Source: Candidatus Omnitrophota bacterium (GTDB lineage Bacteria > Omnitrophota > Gorgyraeia > Gorgyraeales > Gorgyraeaceae). From it: DNA of 64,000 nucleotides. This document shows positions 7,778 to 17,350 of the stretch, piece after piece. Below the pieces are notes generated by a model. That model was given only the letters and a program-made list of their open reading frames with translations, was not told where the DNA came from and ran no database searches. The stretch covers positions 2,056 through 66,055 of the forward strand of contig JBDRBM010000024.1 of NCBI GenBank assembly GCA_043822665.1, given 5' to 3'. Numbering within the stretch: position 1 is the stretch's first letter; each line of letters begins with the position of its first letter. Both the position numbers and the translations under genes were made by a program.

Positions 7778-9625
7778 ATGAATAAGGCCTTAAAAAAAGA
7801 ACTTTCGCTTTTGGATATATTTTGTGTTGCGACAGGCGCAATGATAAGTTCCGGGCTTTTTATCCTTCCCGGCCTTGCGTTTGCCAAGGCAGGACCTGCT
7901 GTTATTATTTCGTATATATTAGCCGGGGTATTCTGCATTCCAACGCTTTTGAGTATGTCAGAACTTATAACTGCCATGCCGAAGGCAGGCGGGGATTATT
8001 TCTATATAATGCGCGGATTTGGCCCTCTTCTCGGGACAATAGCAGGATTTAGCACATGGTTTTCTCTGAGTCTTAAAGGGGCATTTGCGCTAGTAGGCAT
8101 GGGCACATATCTGAGTCTTATAACAAACCTGCCTCTGAATATAATAGCTATTATCTGCTGTTTATTTTTTATAATACTGAATTTAGTGGGCATAAAAGAA
8201 GCTGTTAAGTTCCAGGTGCTTTTAGTGCTTGGGCTTTTGGGCATATTAATAGCTTACGTAGTTTTTGGTTTAAAGGCTATAAACCCTGTGCGTTTCCAGC
8301 CTTTTTTTTCTAATGGATTTGGGGCTGTATTTTCCACAGCGAGTTTTGTTTTTATATCTTACGGCGGCCTTACAAAAGTAGCTGCACTTGCAGAAGAGAC
8401 GAGAGATCCTGGCAAGAATTTGCCGCTTGGCATGATTCTTTCTCTCCTGACCACCTCTATTTTATACAGCTTGGTTATTATGGTAACTGTAGGCGTCTTG
8501 GAACCAGAATTCTTAAAAACTAGTCTTACGCCGATATCTGACGGCGCGTCTTCCTTTGGCGGGAATATCTTGACTATCGCGATAGGTATAGCGGCATTCC
8601 TGGCGTTTGTATCAACTGCAAATTCAGCCATAATGACTGCTTCCAGATATCCTCTTGGTATGAGCAGAGATAAATTGCTGCCCGGATATTTTCAGAGAAT
8701 AAGCGTTTATTCAAAGATGCCGTATGTAGCAATTCTGTGCACAGGTTCTTTTATGATAGTCGCCCTTTTATTTTTAAAGCTGGAGCTGCTTATAAAGGTT
8801 GCGTCAAGCATATTGATACTGCTCTTTTTATTCTCTAACCTTACAGTCATCCTGTTTAGAGAGAGCAGGATTTTGAGTTACAAGCCAAAGTTTCGTTCTC
8901 CTTTGTATCCATATATGCAGGTATTTGGCATAGTAGGAAGCATCTTTCTTCTTATAGAGATGGGCACATTTATCATATTCCTCACCATGCTTTTTCTTCT
9001 GTTGGGTTTTAGCTGGTATAAATTTTACGGGCAAAAACGTTCGAGTCACGACTCAGCGCTTATTTACGCTTTGGAGAAACTGATAGCAAAAGACAAAGAA
9101 CTTACTTCTGATAATCTTCTCATAGAGCTCAAAGACATAGTTATGCAGAGAGACATGATTACAGAAGACAGGTTCCATAAGATGGTTGAGGAAAGCCAGG
9201 TATTTGATATTGAGCAGCCTTTGAAATGGGAAGATTTCTTCAGGGATATGTCGAAGGGCCTGGCGGCTGAAACAAGGCAGGGCGCAGATAACCTTTTCGC
9301 AAAGTTTGTAGAAAGGGAAAAAGAATCAAGCACTGTCTTAAGAAAAGGACTTGCGATACCTCATATCGTGATCAGCGGGAAGAATATCTTTAAGATTGTG
9401 CTGGTAAGGGCCCGAGCGGGCGTAATCTTCCCCGATGATAAACTCGCCCATATCATATTTATGCTCGTAGGTTCTTCAGACGAGCGCAACCTTCACCTTA
9501 AGGTCCTCGCGGCCATTGCCCAGATTACAGAGGCGCCTGGTTTTGATGAGAAGTGGTTTGAAGCCAGAAACACGGATGAATTAAAAAATATAGTTCTCCT
9601 GGCAGAGAGAAGAAGAGTTGTTTAA
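7778..9625 (+). CDS. APC-family amino-acid permease fused to a C-terminal PTS EIIA(Ntr/Fru)-type domain
   Basis: About 430 aa of 12-TM permease (CVATGAMISSGLF, ELITAMPKAGGDY). The C-terminal roughly 150 aa carry LRKGLAIPHI (phosphorylatable His context) and HIIFMLVGS...HLKVLAAIAQ. Confidence 0.75.
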   Translation: MNKALKKELSLLDIFCVATGAMISSGLFILPGLAFAKAGPAVIISYILAGVFCIPTLLSMSELITAMPKAGGDYFYIMRGFGPLLGTIAGFSTWFSLSLKGAFALVGMGTYLSLITNLPLNIIAIICCLFFIILNLVGIKEAVKFQVLLVLGLLGILIAYVVFGLKAINPVRFQPFFSNGFGAVFSTASFVFISYGGLTKVAALAEETRDPGKNLPLGMILSLLTTSILYSLVIMVTVGVLEPEFLKTSLTPISDGASSFGGNILTIAIGIAAFLAFVSTANSAIMTASRYPLGMSRDKLLPGYFQRISVYSKMPYVAILCTGSFMIVALLFLKLELLIKVASSILILLFLFSNLTVILFRESRILSYKPKFRSPLYPYMQVFGIVGSIFLLIEMGTFIIFLTMLFLLLGFSWYKFYGQKRSSHDSALIYALEKLIAKDKELTSDNLLIELKDIVMQRDMITEDRFHKMVEESQVFDIEQPLKWEDFFRDMSKGLAAETRQGADNLFAKFVEREKESSTVLRKGLAIPHIVISGKNIFKIVLVRARAGVIFPDDKLAHIIFMLVGSSDERNLHLKVLAAIAQITEAPGFDEKWFEARNTDELKNIVLLAERRRVV

Positions 9626-9639
9626 GACCAGGTCTTGTT

Positions 9640-11535
9640 TTAGCCGCGCAGTTGTCTTTCCGCGTCAATTATATCCCGGTTTATAAGGTGGATGGTATTC
9701 CTAACCCTGTTTTTAAAATCTATCGACGCAGGCGTGTCAAGCATTTCACGCAGTATCTGGATAGCCATGCGAAAGGTCCTTATTATTTCTCCCTCATCAT
9801 CGTCTGTATATTGCAATAGCTTATCAAATTCTTCATTTCTTATCCAGGCCTCAATGCAAGTGGTAAGGTGGTAATAATAGACTTTGCTTAGGGCCTTTAC
9901 CCCGAACTTTTTTTCAATTTTATGTATACCGCTTAACATATTGTCAGTAATATCGTTTAATGACCTGGCAGGCCTGGAGAGTTTTGGCAATGTGCTGATC
10001 TTTCTGGGTTCAAAGACCAGCGCGGTTGAAAGTATTGCCAATTCTCTCTCAGAAAGTTTTTCAAGAAGGCCCTGTTCATAGAGCTCGGAGAGGGGAAGTT
10101 CATACCCATATATCTTTGCCGCGAAGCGCCCTTTTTCAGTAAGTTTATTTTTTCCGATGTAACCAAGTTCTTTCAGAAGTTTTACTTTATTATATAGAAG
10201 CTCAAGGGCCTTTTTTCTAAACTCTGCCCTTGCCTGAAAGTAGTGGAAGGAAAGAGGGTATATGTCATATAGTCTTTCATTGTATCTCTCGTAGAGGTTC
10301 AGTATGGTTGCGTAGGAGGCATTGAACCTGCTTTTTACCTTTTCAGGAGCGCCGTAAATGACCTTGTGGAGTTCAGGGAACGAAATCCAGCGAGGGTTGA
10401 CGCGGCTATACACGAAACCTTCTTTATCTATGCCGCGGCGGCCGGCCCTGCCAGCCATCTGAAAGAAGTCGCGTGTCTTGAGCGTGGCAAAGGATTTGCC
10501 GTAGAATTTCCTCAATTCGTCGAATATGACCGAACGCGCCGGCATATTTATGCCGAGGGCAAATGTCTCAGTGGTGAATATTATTTTTATGAGCCTGCTT
10601 GTGAATAGTCTCTCCACAACCTCTTTTAGAGTGGGGAGCATCCCCGCATGGTGATAGGCAACGCCTTTTTCGATTAAAGGCAGAATGAGCTGAGCGCTTT
10701 TATCGTTTACGAGTTCAAACCTCTCACAGAGTTCATTAAAGAGAGTTACTATCCTTGCCTTTTCCTGCTGGTTTAGAAAATCAAATCTCATCATTTCTCC
10801 TGCCAGATACTCAGATCTTTTTCTGCCAAAGACAAAATATATACAGGGAAGCTTGTCTGTTTCGGAAAGGTGCCTTATGAGCAAAGTGGGCTTGTTTGGT
10901 TTTCCGTAATAGCGGAAAGATTGTTTTTTATACGCTATTGAACAGACCTTCTGCAGGTTATCTATTATCTCACCATGGACTTGGTAAAAGAAATGTAGAG
11001 GCACAGGCCGCTTGTCCTCTTTTATAACTTTCAGGGGAAGCTTGTGTATTGACTGGAGCCATGAACATAGTTCGTCTATATTCGGTATCGTGGCGGAAAG
11101 GGCGAGCATTTTCATGTGGTGCGGCAGAAATATCAGAGACTCTTCCCATACACTGCCGCGCTCGTAGTCATCCAGGTAATGGATCTCGTCAAATATTATC
11201 CATGAATAGTTTTCAAGGTTTGACTTTTCTTCCAATACCTTATTGCGGAATATCTCCGTAGTCATTATTAAGACAGACGCGGAAGGATTTATGCTTACGT
11301 CACCGGTAAGTATGCCTATCCTGTCAGGGAATCCTTCCTGAAAATCGCGGAATTTCTGGTTTGAGAGCGCCTTTATGGGAGCGGTGTATATTACCTTTGT
11401 GCCTTTTTCCAGGCAGTCATTTATGACATATTCAGCTATCGCGGTCTTTCCCGCCCCGGTAGGCGCGGAAACCATTACAGAATATCCCGCGTTTATATAA
11501 TCGATAGCCTTTTTCTGAAATGCGTCATATATCAT
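9640..11535 (-). CDS. Superfamily-2 DEAD/DEAH-box helicase, Ski2/HelY-like
   Basis: SAPTGAGKT (motif I), FDEIHYLDD (motif II), LSATIPN (III), AYHHAGM, QMAGRAGRRG (VI). Confidence 0.85.
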   Translation of the reverse strand: MIYDAFQKKAIDYINAGYSVMVSAPTGAGKTAIAEYVINDCLEKGTKVIYTAPIKALSNQKFRDFQEGFPDRIGILTGDVSINPSASVLIMTTEIFRNKVLEEKSNLENYSWIIFDEIHYLDDYERGSVWEESLIFLPHHMKMLALSATIPNIDELCSWLQSIHKLPLKVIKEDKRPVPLHFFYQVHGEIIDNLQKVCSIAYKKQSFRYYGKPNKPTLLIRHLSETDKLPCIYFVFGRKRSEYLAGEMMRFDFLNQQEKARIVTLFNELCERFELVNDKSAQLILPLIEKGVAYHHAGMLPTLKEVVERLFTSRLIKIIFTTETFALGINMPARSVIFDELRKFYGKSFATLKTRDFFQMAGRAGRRGIDKEGFVYSRVNPRWISFPELHKVIYGAPEKVKSRFNASYATILNLYERYNERLYDIYPLSFHYFQARAEFRKKALELLYNKVKLLKELGYIGKNKLTEKGRFAAKIYGYELPLSELYEQGLLEKLSERELAILSTALVFEPRKISTLPKLSRPARSLNDITDNMLSGIHKIEKKFGVKALSKVYYYHLTTCIEAWIRNEEFDKLLQYTDDDEGEIIRTFRMAIQILREMLDTPASIDFKNRVRNTIHLINRDIIDAERQLRG

Positions 11536-11587
11536 ATATTTATTCTATAACAATTCCATTTTTTATGCTATAATTTTAATAAAAGAT

Positions 11588-12274
11588 ATGCCTAAAGAAA
11601 AAATTCTTATAATCGAAGATGATAAAAATATATCCAAGTTGATCAAGTACAACCTGGAAAAGGCTGGCTTTGGATGTGTTGTGGCCAGAACAGGTGAGGA
11701 CGCGCTGGATATTTTAGATAAAGAGGCCGTGGACTTGATGCTGCTCGACATAATGCTTCCAAAGATGGATGGCTTCCAGGTTTGCAGGCAGGTCAAGCAG
11801 GACAAAAAACTCTCCCTGATCCCGGTAATAATGCTGACTGCCAAAGGCGAAGAGGTTGACAGGGTTGTAGGCCTTGAATTAGGAGCGGACGACTATATCG
11901 TTAAACCCTTTAGTCCTAGGGAACTTATATTAAGGATCAAGGCTATTTTGAAACGTAACAAGCCTAAAGAGGATGATAGCAAGAATATCCTTGCCTTTGA
12001 GAAACTAAAGATTGATATCTCCAGGCACAAGGTAACGGTTGATAATAGGAAAGTGGATTTGACCCGCATGGAATTTGAACTGCTCGTTACGCTTATGCGA
12101 CGCAAAGGCCGCGTGCAATCCAGGGATATGCTGTTAAATAATGTCTGGGGCATAGACGCAGAGCTAAATACGCGTACGGTAGACGCCCATGTAAAAAGCC
12201 TTAGGAAAAAATTGGACAAGGCCGGCAGGTTGATTGAGACAGTACGAGGAATCGGGTATAGGTTCAAGGAATAG
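11588..12274 (+). CDS. phoB: OmpR/PhoB-family response regulator
   Basis: Receiver domain (ILIIEDD, LMLLDIMLPKMDG, MLTAKG) plus winged-helix domain (LTRMEFELLVTLM, RTVDAHVKSLRKKL, GIGYRF). It lies directly upstream of a PhoR-like kinase and the pst operon. Confidence 0.85.
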   Translation: MPKEKILIIEDDKNISKLIKYNLEKAGFGCVVARTGEDALDILDKEAVDLMLLDIMLPKMDGFQVCRQVKQDKKLSLIPVIMLTAKGEEVDRVVGLELGADDYIVKPFSPRELILRIKAILKRNKPKEDDSKNILAFEKLKIDISRHKVTVDNRKVDLTRMEFELLVTLMRRKGRVQSRDMLLNNVWGIDAELNTRTVDAHVKSLRKKLDKAGRLIETVRGIGYRFKE

Positions 12275-12283
12275 GAATAAATA

Positions 12284-14080
12284 TTGAAAATAAAGATTCA
12301 TTATAAGATTACTATAATCTTTGCGATAATCATAGCAGGCACTCTTCTAGGCATATATTTATATCTTAATAATACCCTTCGGGAATATACATACCAGAGA
12401 ATCAAGGCAAACCTTACCAGGGAAACGTCTTTTGCCAAATCTTTCATAGAAGAAAAATTCGTAGACACGGCCGATCTTAAATACTTGAATGGCATAGCAG
12501 ATAAGATCGGCAGGAGCCTGTCGTTGCGCGCTACTATTATAAGCCTTGACGGCAGGGTATTGGGAGATTCGGTGCTTAATGAGAAAGGAGTTGAAGAGGT
12601 TGAAAATCACTTGCATAGGCCTGAAATTCAAGAAGCCCTGGACTACGGGACAGGAGAGGCGAGAAGATTCTCTTCGACTGTGAAAAAAAACATGCTCTAT
12701 ATAGCGTCTACTTTCGGCAGTCCAGAGCCCCTGGGTATAATACGCTTATCTATGCCTCTTTCTGAGATAGAACTCCTGTCCGGCCATTTAAAGCGGATGC
12801 TTATAGCATTGCTTTTTCTCGCGTTTATCTTTGCCATGATAATCAGTTTTATAGCTTCGGCTATGATCTCAAGGCCGATAAAACAAATGTCCCTGATAGC
12901 GAATTCCGTAGCCAGCGGGGATTTCTCGAAGAGTATTTCTGTTTCAACCAATGACGAGATAGAGGACCTTGCGCATTCATTTAATTATATGTCACAAGAG
13001 ATATGCTCGAGAATTGAAGAGATTTCATCCAACAGGCTGAGATTGGAAACAGTTCTTTTGAGCATGTTTGAAGGCGTGATAGTGCTTGATGCTAAAGGAG
13101 CAATAGCCCTGATGAATCAGACCCTCAGGGATTTATTAGTTCTTGGAGGGGAACCAGTTGGGAAAAAGCCTATAGAGGTCATACGTAATGTTGAAGTCCA
13201 GGAGATCGCGGAAAAGACCTTGACGTTAGATAGGGGAGTAGAGACGAAAGAGGTCAAGGTCTTGTTTCCAAAGGAAAAGATTTTACTGGTGCATGGAACG
13301 CCTGTCAGGAGAGATGAAAGGGTGGACGGTGCTGTTTTGGTGTTCCATGATATTACTGAATTGAGGCGGTTCGAGATGATCCGCCAGGATTTTGTGGCAA
13401 ATGTTTCCCATGAACTGAGGACACCAGTTGCCAGTATCAAGGGTTACGCGGAGACCCTGTTGGAAGGGGCATTGGAAGATAAAAAGAATGCGCATGATTT
13501 TCTGGAGATAATCCATTCGGATTCTGAGCGCCTTGCCAAACTTATAGATGATATCCTGGAATTATCCAGGATAGAATCAGGCGCGCTTAAGATGATGCTA
13601 AAACCTTACCGCGTAGGACCTATTGTCAAAAGGGCGTTATCAAGCATTAAAAAACAGGTCAGCGCTAAATCTTTAAACATGGAAATGGATATCCCTGAGA
13701 CTTTGCCGGATATCCTGGCGGACGAGGAACAGCTTTTGCGAGTATTTTTAAATCTAATGGACAACGCGGTAAAATATAACAAAGATAAAGGAAAGATAGC
13801 TGTATCAGCATCGGAAAAAGGCGGTTTCATAGAGATACGTGTTTCTGATACAGGAATAGGTATCCCGGAAAAGGACCTGCCCAGGCTATTTGAGAGGTTC
13901 TACCGTGTTGATAAGGCGCGCTCACGGGAGTTAGGCGGCACAGGCCTTGGCCTTTCCATAGTCAAGCATATTGTCCTGTCTCACGGCGGCGAGGTCTCTG
14001 TCAAAAGCGCCCTTGACCAAGGCTCCACCTTCAGTTTTACCATCCCCAAGGCTCAGGAAAATTCCTCTACTGTAAAATAA
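12284..14080 (+). CDS. phoR: PhoR-like sensor histidine kinase (TM, HAMP, PAS, HisKA, HATPase)
   Basis: FVANVSHELRTP (H-box), NLMDNAVKY (N), DTGIGI (G1), GGTGLGLSIV (G2). TTG start. Confidence 0.85.
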   Translation: MKIKIHYKITIIFAIIIAGTLLGIYLYLNNTLREYTYQRIKANLTRETSFAKSFIEEKFVDTADLKYLNGIADKIGRSLSLRATIISLDGRVLGDSVLNEKGVEEVENHLHRPEIQEALDYGTGEARRFSSTVKKNMLYIASTFGSPEPLGIIRLSMPLSEIELLSGHLKRMLIALLFLAFIFAMIISFIASAMISRPIKQMSLIANSVASGDFSKSISVSTNDEIEDLAHSFNYMSQEICSRIEEISSNRLRLETVLLSMFEGVIVLDAKGAIALMNQTLRDLLVLGGEPVGKKPIEVIRNVEVQEIAEKTLTLDRGVETKEVKVLFPKEKILLVHGTPVRRDERVDGAVLVFHDITELRRFEMIRQDFVANVSHELRTPVASIKGYAETLLEGALEDKKNAHDFLEIIHSDSERLAKLIDDILELSRIESGALKMMLKPYRVGPIVKRALSSIKKQVSAKSLNMEMDIPETLPDILADEEQLLRVFLNLMDNAVKYNKDKGKIAVSASEKGGFIEIRVSDTGIGIPEKDLPRLFERFYRVDKARSRELGGTGLGLSIVKHIVLSHGGEVSVKSALDQGSTFSFTIPKAQENSSTVK

Positions 14081-14092
14081 CCCTCTTTAAAC

Positions 14093-14109
14093 TTTACAAA
14101 GATTTTACG
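14093..14109 (+). promoter_or_regulatory. Pho-box-like direct repeat upstream of the porin gene
   Basis: TTTACA-AAGAT-TTTACG, half-sites starting 11 bp apart (14093, 14104). The same TTTACAAAGATTTTAC string precedes pstS. Confidence 0.55.
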
Positions 14110-14177
14110 TTATCTTGAAAATCCCTTCACACGCATAGTCTATACTTTTAATTGAAAACAGAAAGGAGGCAAGAGAC

Positions 14178-15458
14178 ATGAACAGCAAGAGAAAGTTTTA
14201 TTTAGTGGTAAGTTTTTTGTTGGCAGTGTTCGTAGTGCCTGGTCTTTGTTTCGCAGGCGAGATCGATATATTGGTCGCTAAACTTGTAGAAAAAGGAATA
14301 TTGACTCAAGACGAGGCAGAAGAGATTGTTACGGAAACAAAAAAGGAACTCAAGGAGGAGACAGCAAAAGACGAGTCTGATATTATTCCTAAATGGGTCC
14401 AGAACATAAAAATGAAAGGGGACTTGAGGACGCGTTATCAGTGGGAGACACTGAAAGGCAGTGGTGAGAATGAAAGGGTCAGGGTCAGATTAAGGCTTGG
14501 TATGGATGCCAAGGTCAATGAAAAGGCCAATGCCCACGTTCAGCTGGCTACAGGCTCCAGGAACGATCTTCGCTCGACCAACCAGACTCTCGGAGGCAAT
14601 TCCAACGAAGCCTTTGGCCACTATGACATCTGGTTAGACCAGGCATACATGAATTACGCGGCAATGCCGTGGCTTACCATGATGGCCGGTAAGATGCCGT
14701 TAAAAGAAGTATTCTGGGAAACAGGGGACATGCTTTTTGATACTGACATAAATCCTGACGGCACAACGGTCAAATTTGACAAGCCATTGAATGACAATAT
14801 AGGCCTATTCGCCGACGCTGGATGGTGGGTCCTGCAGGATGGCGGTGCAGGCTCGGCAGATGTTACGATGGTCTATCTTCAACCGGGCATAGGCGTAAAC
14901 TTGAATGAAAAAACAAAGCTCAAGACAGCGGTAGGATACATGCAATACAACAACCTGAAGGGAAAAGACCTGGACGTAACAGTAAGTTCTAAATCCAGCG
15001 ACACAAATTCCACAGACGCAGGAGGAGGGTTGAAATACGACTTCAATTCATGGGTTGTTAACGCCGAGTTGGGTATAGATGAGCCGTTTTCTTTTCTCCC
15101 CGCTATTCCTTATATATCGCTATTCGGTGATTACGTGAATAATCCTGATCCGGACAGCGGTAATACCGGATATCTGGTCGGCTGTAAATTCGGCGCAAAA
15201 AAGGTTAAAGAAGGACAATGGCAGGGAAAATATATGTACAGGCATGTCGGAGAAGACGCGGTGCTTGATATATTTCCGGATTCTGACTGCCTTGGCGGTG
15301 CCACTGATGTAAAATCGCACGAACTTGTCTGGGAATATGGATTAGGCAAGAGTCTGATATTCGAGTTGGATTATTGCCTCAGTGAGCGCATAAAGGCCTC
15401 GGAAGATAATTACTCCAAGGAACATCTTTTGCAGGCGGATGTAGTGTATAGTTTTTGA
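14178..15458 (+). CDS. Outer-membrane beta-barrel porin (putatively phosphate/anion-selective, from Pho context)
   Basis: Signal peptide MNSKRKFYLVVSFLLAVFVVPGLCFA, alternating beta-strand-like pattern, C-terminal ...DVVYSF. It sits between phoBR and pstS behind a Pho-box-like repeat. Confidence 0.55.
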   Translation: MNSKRKFYLVVSFLLAVFVVPGLCFAGEIDILVAKLVEKGILTQDEAEEIVTETKKELKEETAKDESDIIPKWVQNIKMKGDLRTRYQWETLKGSGENERVRVRLRLGMDAKVNEKANAHVQLATGSRNDLRSTNQTLGGNSNEAFGHYDIWLDQAYMNYAAMPWLTMMAGKMPLKEVFWETGDMLFDTDINPDGTTVKFDKPLNDNIGLFADAGWWVLQDGGAGSADVTMVYLQPGIGVNLNEKTKLKTAVGYMQYNNLKGKDLDVTVSSKSSDTNSTDAGGGLKYDFNSWVVNAELGIDEPFSFLPAIPYISLFGDYVNNPDPDSGNTGYLVGCKFGAKKVKEGQWQGKYMYRHVGEDAVLDIFPDSDCLGGATDVKSHELVWEYGLGKSLIFELDYCLSERIKASEDNYSKEHLLQADVVYSF

Positions 15459-15484
15459 ATAAAAACTATACACTTTTTATTTTA
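15443..15484 (+). terminator. Rho-independent terminator after the porin gene
   Basis: AGTGTATAGTTTTT-GAAT-AAAAACTATACACT followed by TTTTTATTTT. The left arm overlaps the last codons. Confidence 0.8.
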
Positions 15485-15519
15485 CAAAGATTTTACATTG
15501 GCTTAACATAGGTATTACA
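15481..15519 (+). promoter_or_regulatory. Four phased Pho-box-like hexamers upstream of pstS
   Basis: TTTACA (15481), TTTACA (15492), TTAACA (15503) and ATTACA (15514). The start-to-start spacing is exactly 11 bp, the geometry of PhoB-type tandem boxes. Confidence 0.65.
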
Positions 15520-15555
15520 TTCATAGAATACAATATACTTAAAAAAGGAGGGAAT

Positions 15556-16410
15556 ATGCTTAAGAAATTGTTATTTGTTTTAGTTTTGTCAATGCTTGCT
15601 GTGCCTGTGTTTGCCGCCTCTGGGAAAAACATGATACAGGTCAAGGGGTCTGATACCATGGTCAACTTAGGCCAGGCATGGGCTGAGAGGTATATGGAAG
15701 AGAACCCCGGAGAATTTATTGCTGTAACAGGCGGTGGTTCCGGTACGGGATTTTCAAGCCTCATAAGCGGCACATGCGATATTGCCATGGCCTCAAGGAA
15801 TATCAAAGATAAAGAAATTGTCCTTGCGGAACAGAGAGGCATAAAACCTAATGAGATAAAGGCAGCCCTGGATGGCCTGGCAGTAGTGGTGAATCCTGCG
15901 AATCCAGTTTCCGAGCTTACCATAGACCAGCTTGCAGGTATCTTTACAGGAAGGATTTCAAATTGGAAAGACGTGGGCGGCAATGATGAGAAGATCGTGA
16001 TCCTTTCGCGCGAGGTGAATTCAGGGACGCACGTTTATTTTAAGGAACATGTGCTAAGGAAAGGCGATCCCAATTCCACAGAAGAATACGCGCCGCGCGC
16101 CCTTCTTCTCTCGTCCTCTCAGGCGATTGCCGATGAAGTGGCTGGGAATCCAGCCGCGATAGGTTACTATGGGATGGGGTATATCTATAAAAAACAAAAA
16201 TCCATAGCAGTCGCAAAAGATAAGGACTCAGAATACATAGAGCCCACAATAGAAAATGTAGTAAAGGGAAGATATTCCATATCAAGGCCGTTATTCTTGT
16301 ATACAAATGGTATGCCTCAGGACCTGGTAAAGAAATTCGTAGATTTTGTGCTGTCAAAAGAGGGGCAGGATATTGTTTTGGCTACTGATTTTGTCCCAAT
16401 TAAAAAATAA
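15556..16410 (+). CDS. pstS: Phosphate ABC transporter substrate-binding protein
   Basis: Signal peptide, then GSDTM, GGGSGTG, ASR, SREVNSGT motifs of PstS/PBP2. Confidence 0.9.
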   Translation: MLKKLLFVLVLSMLAVPVFAASGKNMIQVKGSDTMVNLGQAWAERYMEENPGEFIAVTGGGSGTGFSSLISGTCDIAMASRNIKDKEIVLAEQRGIKPNEIKAALDGLAVVVNPANPVSELTIDQLAGIFTGRISNWKDVGGNDEKIVILSREVNSGTHVYFKEHVLRKGDPNSTEEYAPRALLLSSSQAIADEVAGNPAAIGYYGMGYIYKKQKSIAVAKDKDSEYIEPTIENVVKGRYSISRPLFLYTNGMPQDLVKKFVDFVLSKEGQDIVLATDFVPIKK

Positions 16411-17276
16411 TGCGTAAGATCAAAGAATTTATCATTGAAAAGCTCATACTAATCTGCGGAGTTACTTCGATATTTTTTGTAGTATTGATATTCTTATTTC
16501 TCCTAAAAGAAGGCCTGGCGATATTCAAGACTGTAAGCCCTTTTAAATTTCTCTTCGGTGAAAAGTGGTATCCTATTTCAGAGCCAGGCCAATTCGGGAT
16601 ACTTCCTCTTATATTAGGCTCGCTCATGGTTACAATAGGCGCGGCAGTCATCTCTGTTCCTATAGGAGTAGCCTGTGCGGTTTATATCGCGGAGATAGCC
16701 CCTACTCAAATAAAGGAAATCCTCAAAGGCGGCATAGAGCTATTAGCTGCCATACCAAGCGTTGTCCTGGGTTTTATAGGTATGGTGACACTCGTGCCAT
16801 TGGTAAAAAATATTTTTCATTTGCCTACTGGTCTTACTGCTTTGTCAGGTTCAATAATGCTGGCGTTTATGGCCATGCCGACCATAGTCTCAATAGCCGA
16901 GGACGCGCTTTATTCAGTTCCAAAAAATTATAAAGAAGGTGCCTTTGCGCTGGGGGCAACGCACTGGCAGATGATATACAGGGTAATGCTACCTGCGGCC
17001 TCGAGCGGCATCTTCGCTGCTGTGATGCTTGGTATAGGGAGGGTAATCGGAGAGACAATGGCAGTAATGATGATCACAGGGAATGCCGCTGTTATACCTC
17101 ACAGCATCTTAGTGCCGGTCAGGACCCTTACTGCCACTATTGCGGCTGAAATGGGAGAGGCAGTGGTCGGGAGCGAGCATTACTTTGCCTTATTTGCTAT
17201 CGGCATAGTCCTGTTTCTAATCAGTTTCGCGGTAAATGTGACAGCAGACTTATTTTTACATAAGAGGCAGAGATGA
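16410..17276 (+). CDS. pstC: Phosphate ABC transporter permease PstC
   Basis: 6-TM permease with the EAA-type loop (EDALYSVPKNYKEGAFALGATHWQ). Operon position after pstS. Confidence 0.9.
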   Translation: MRKIKEFIIEKLILICGVTSIFFVVLIFLFLLKEGLAIFKTVSPFKFLFGEKWYPISEPGQFGILPLILGSLMVTIGAAVISVPIGVACAVYIAEIAPTQIKEILKGGIELLAAIPSVVLGFIGMVTLVPLVKNIFHLPTGLTALSGSIMLAFMAMPTIVSIAEDALYSVPKNYKEGAFALGATHWQMIYRVMLPAASSGIFAAVMLGIGRVIGETMAVMMITGNAAVIPHSILVPVRTLTATIAAEMGEAVVGSEHYFALFAIGIVLFLISFAVNVTADLFLHKRQR

Positions 17277-17350
17277 TGGTTCGACGCGCCCTTGATATCA
17301 AAAATGTCAAGGGCTTGCTCACCATTAAGAAGAGTTGAAAGAGTTGAAAA

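Noticed and set aside
15477-15983. Long antisense ORFs overlapping well-supported genes (also 48100..48699, 58910..59704, 40287..40940, 22886..23548, 62864..63376, 61630..62061, 28052..28516, 11893..12267)
   Set aside because: Each lies opposite a gene with clear family motifs, has low-complexity or Ser/Leu-rich shadow-frame composition, and lacks an RBS. I treat them as shadow ORFs.
17331-17348. 9-nt tandem duplication AGAGTTGAA x2 and the nearby CCCTTGA...TCAAGGG hairpin between pstC and pstA
   Set aside because: It is very short, has only two copies and shows no similarity to the other repeat families. It is likely incidental intercistronic sequence.
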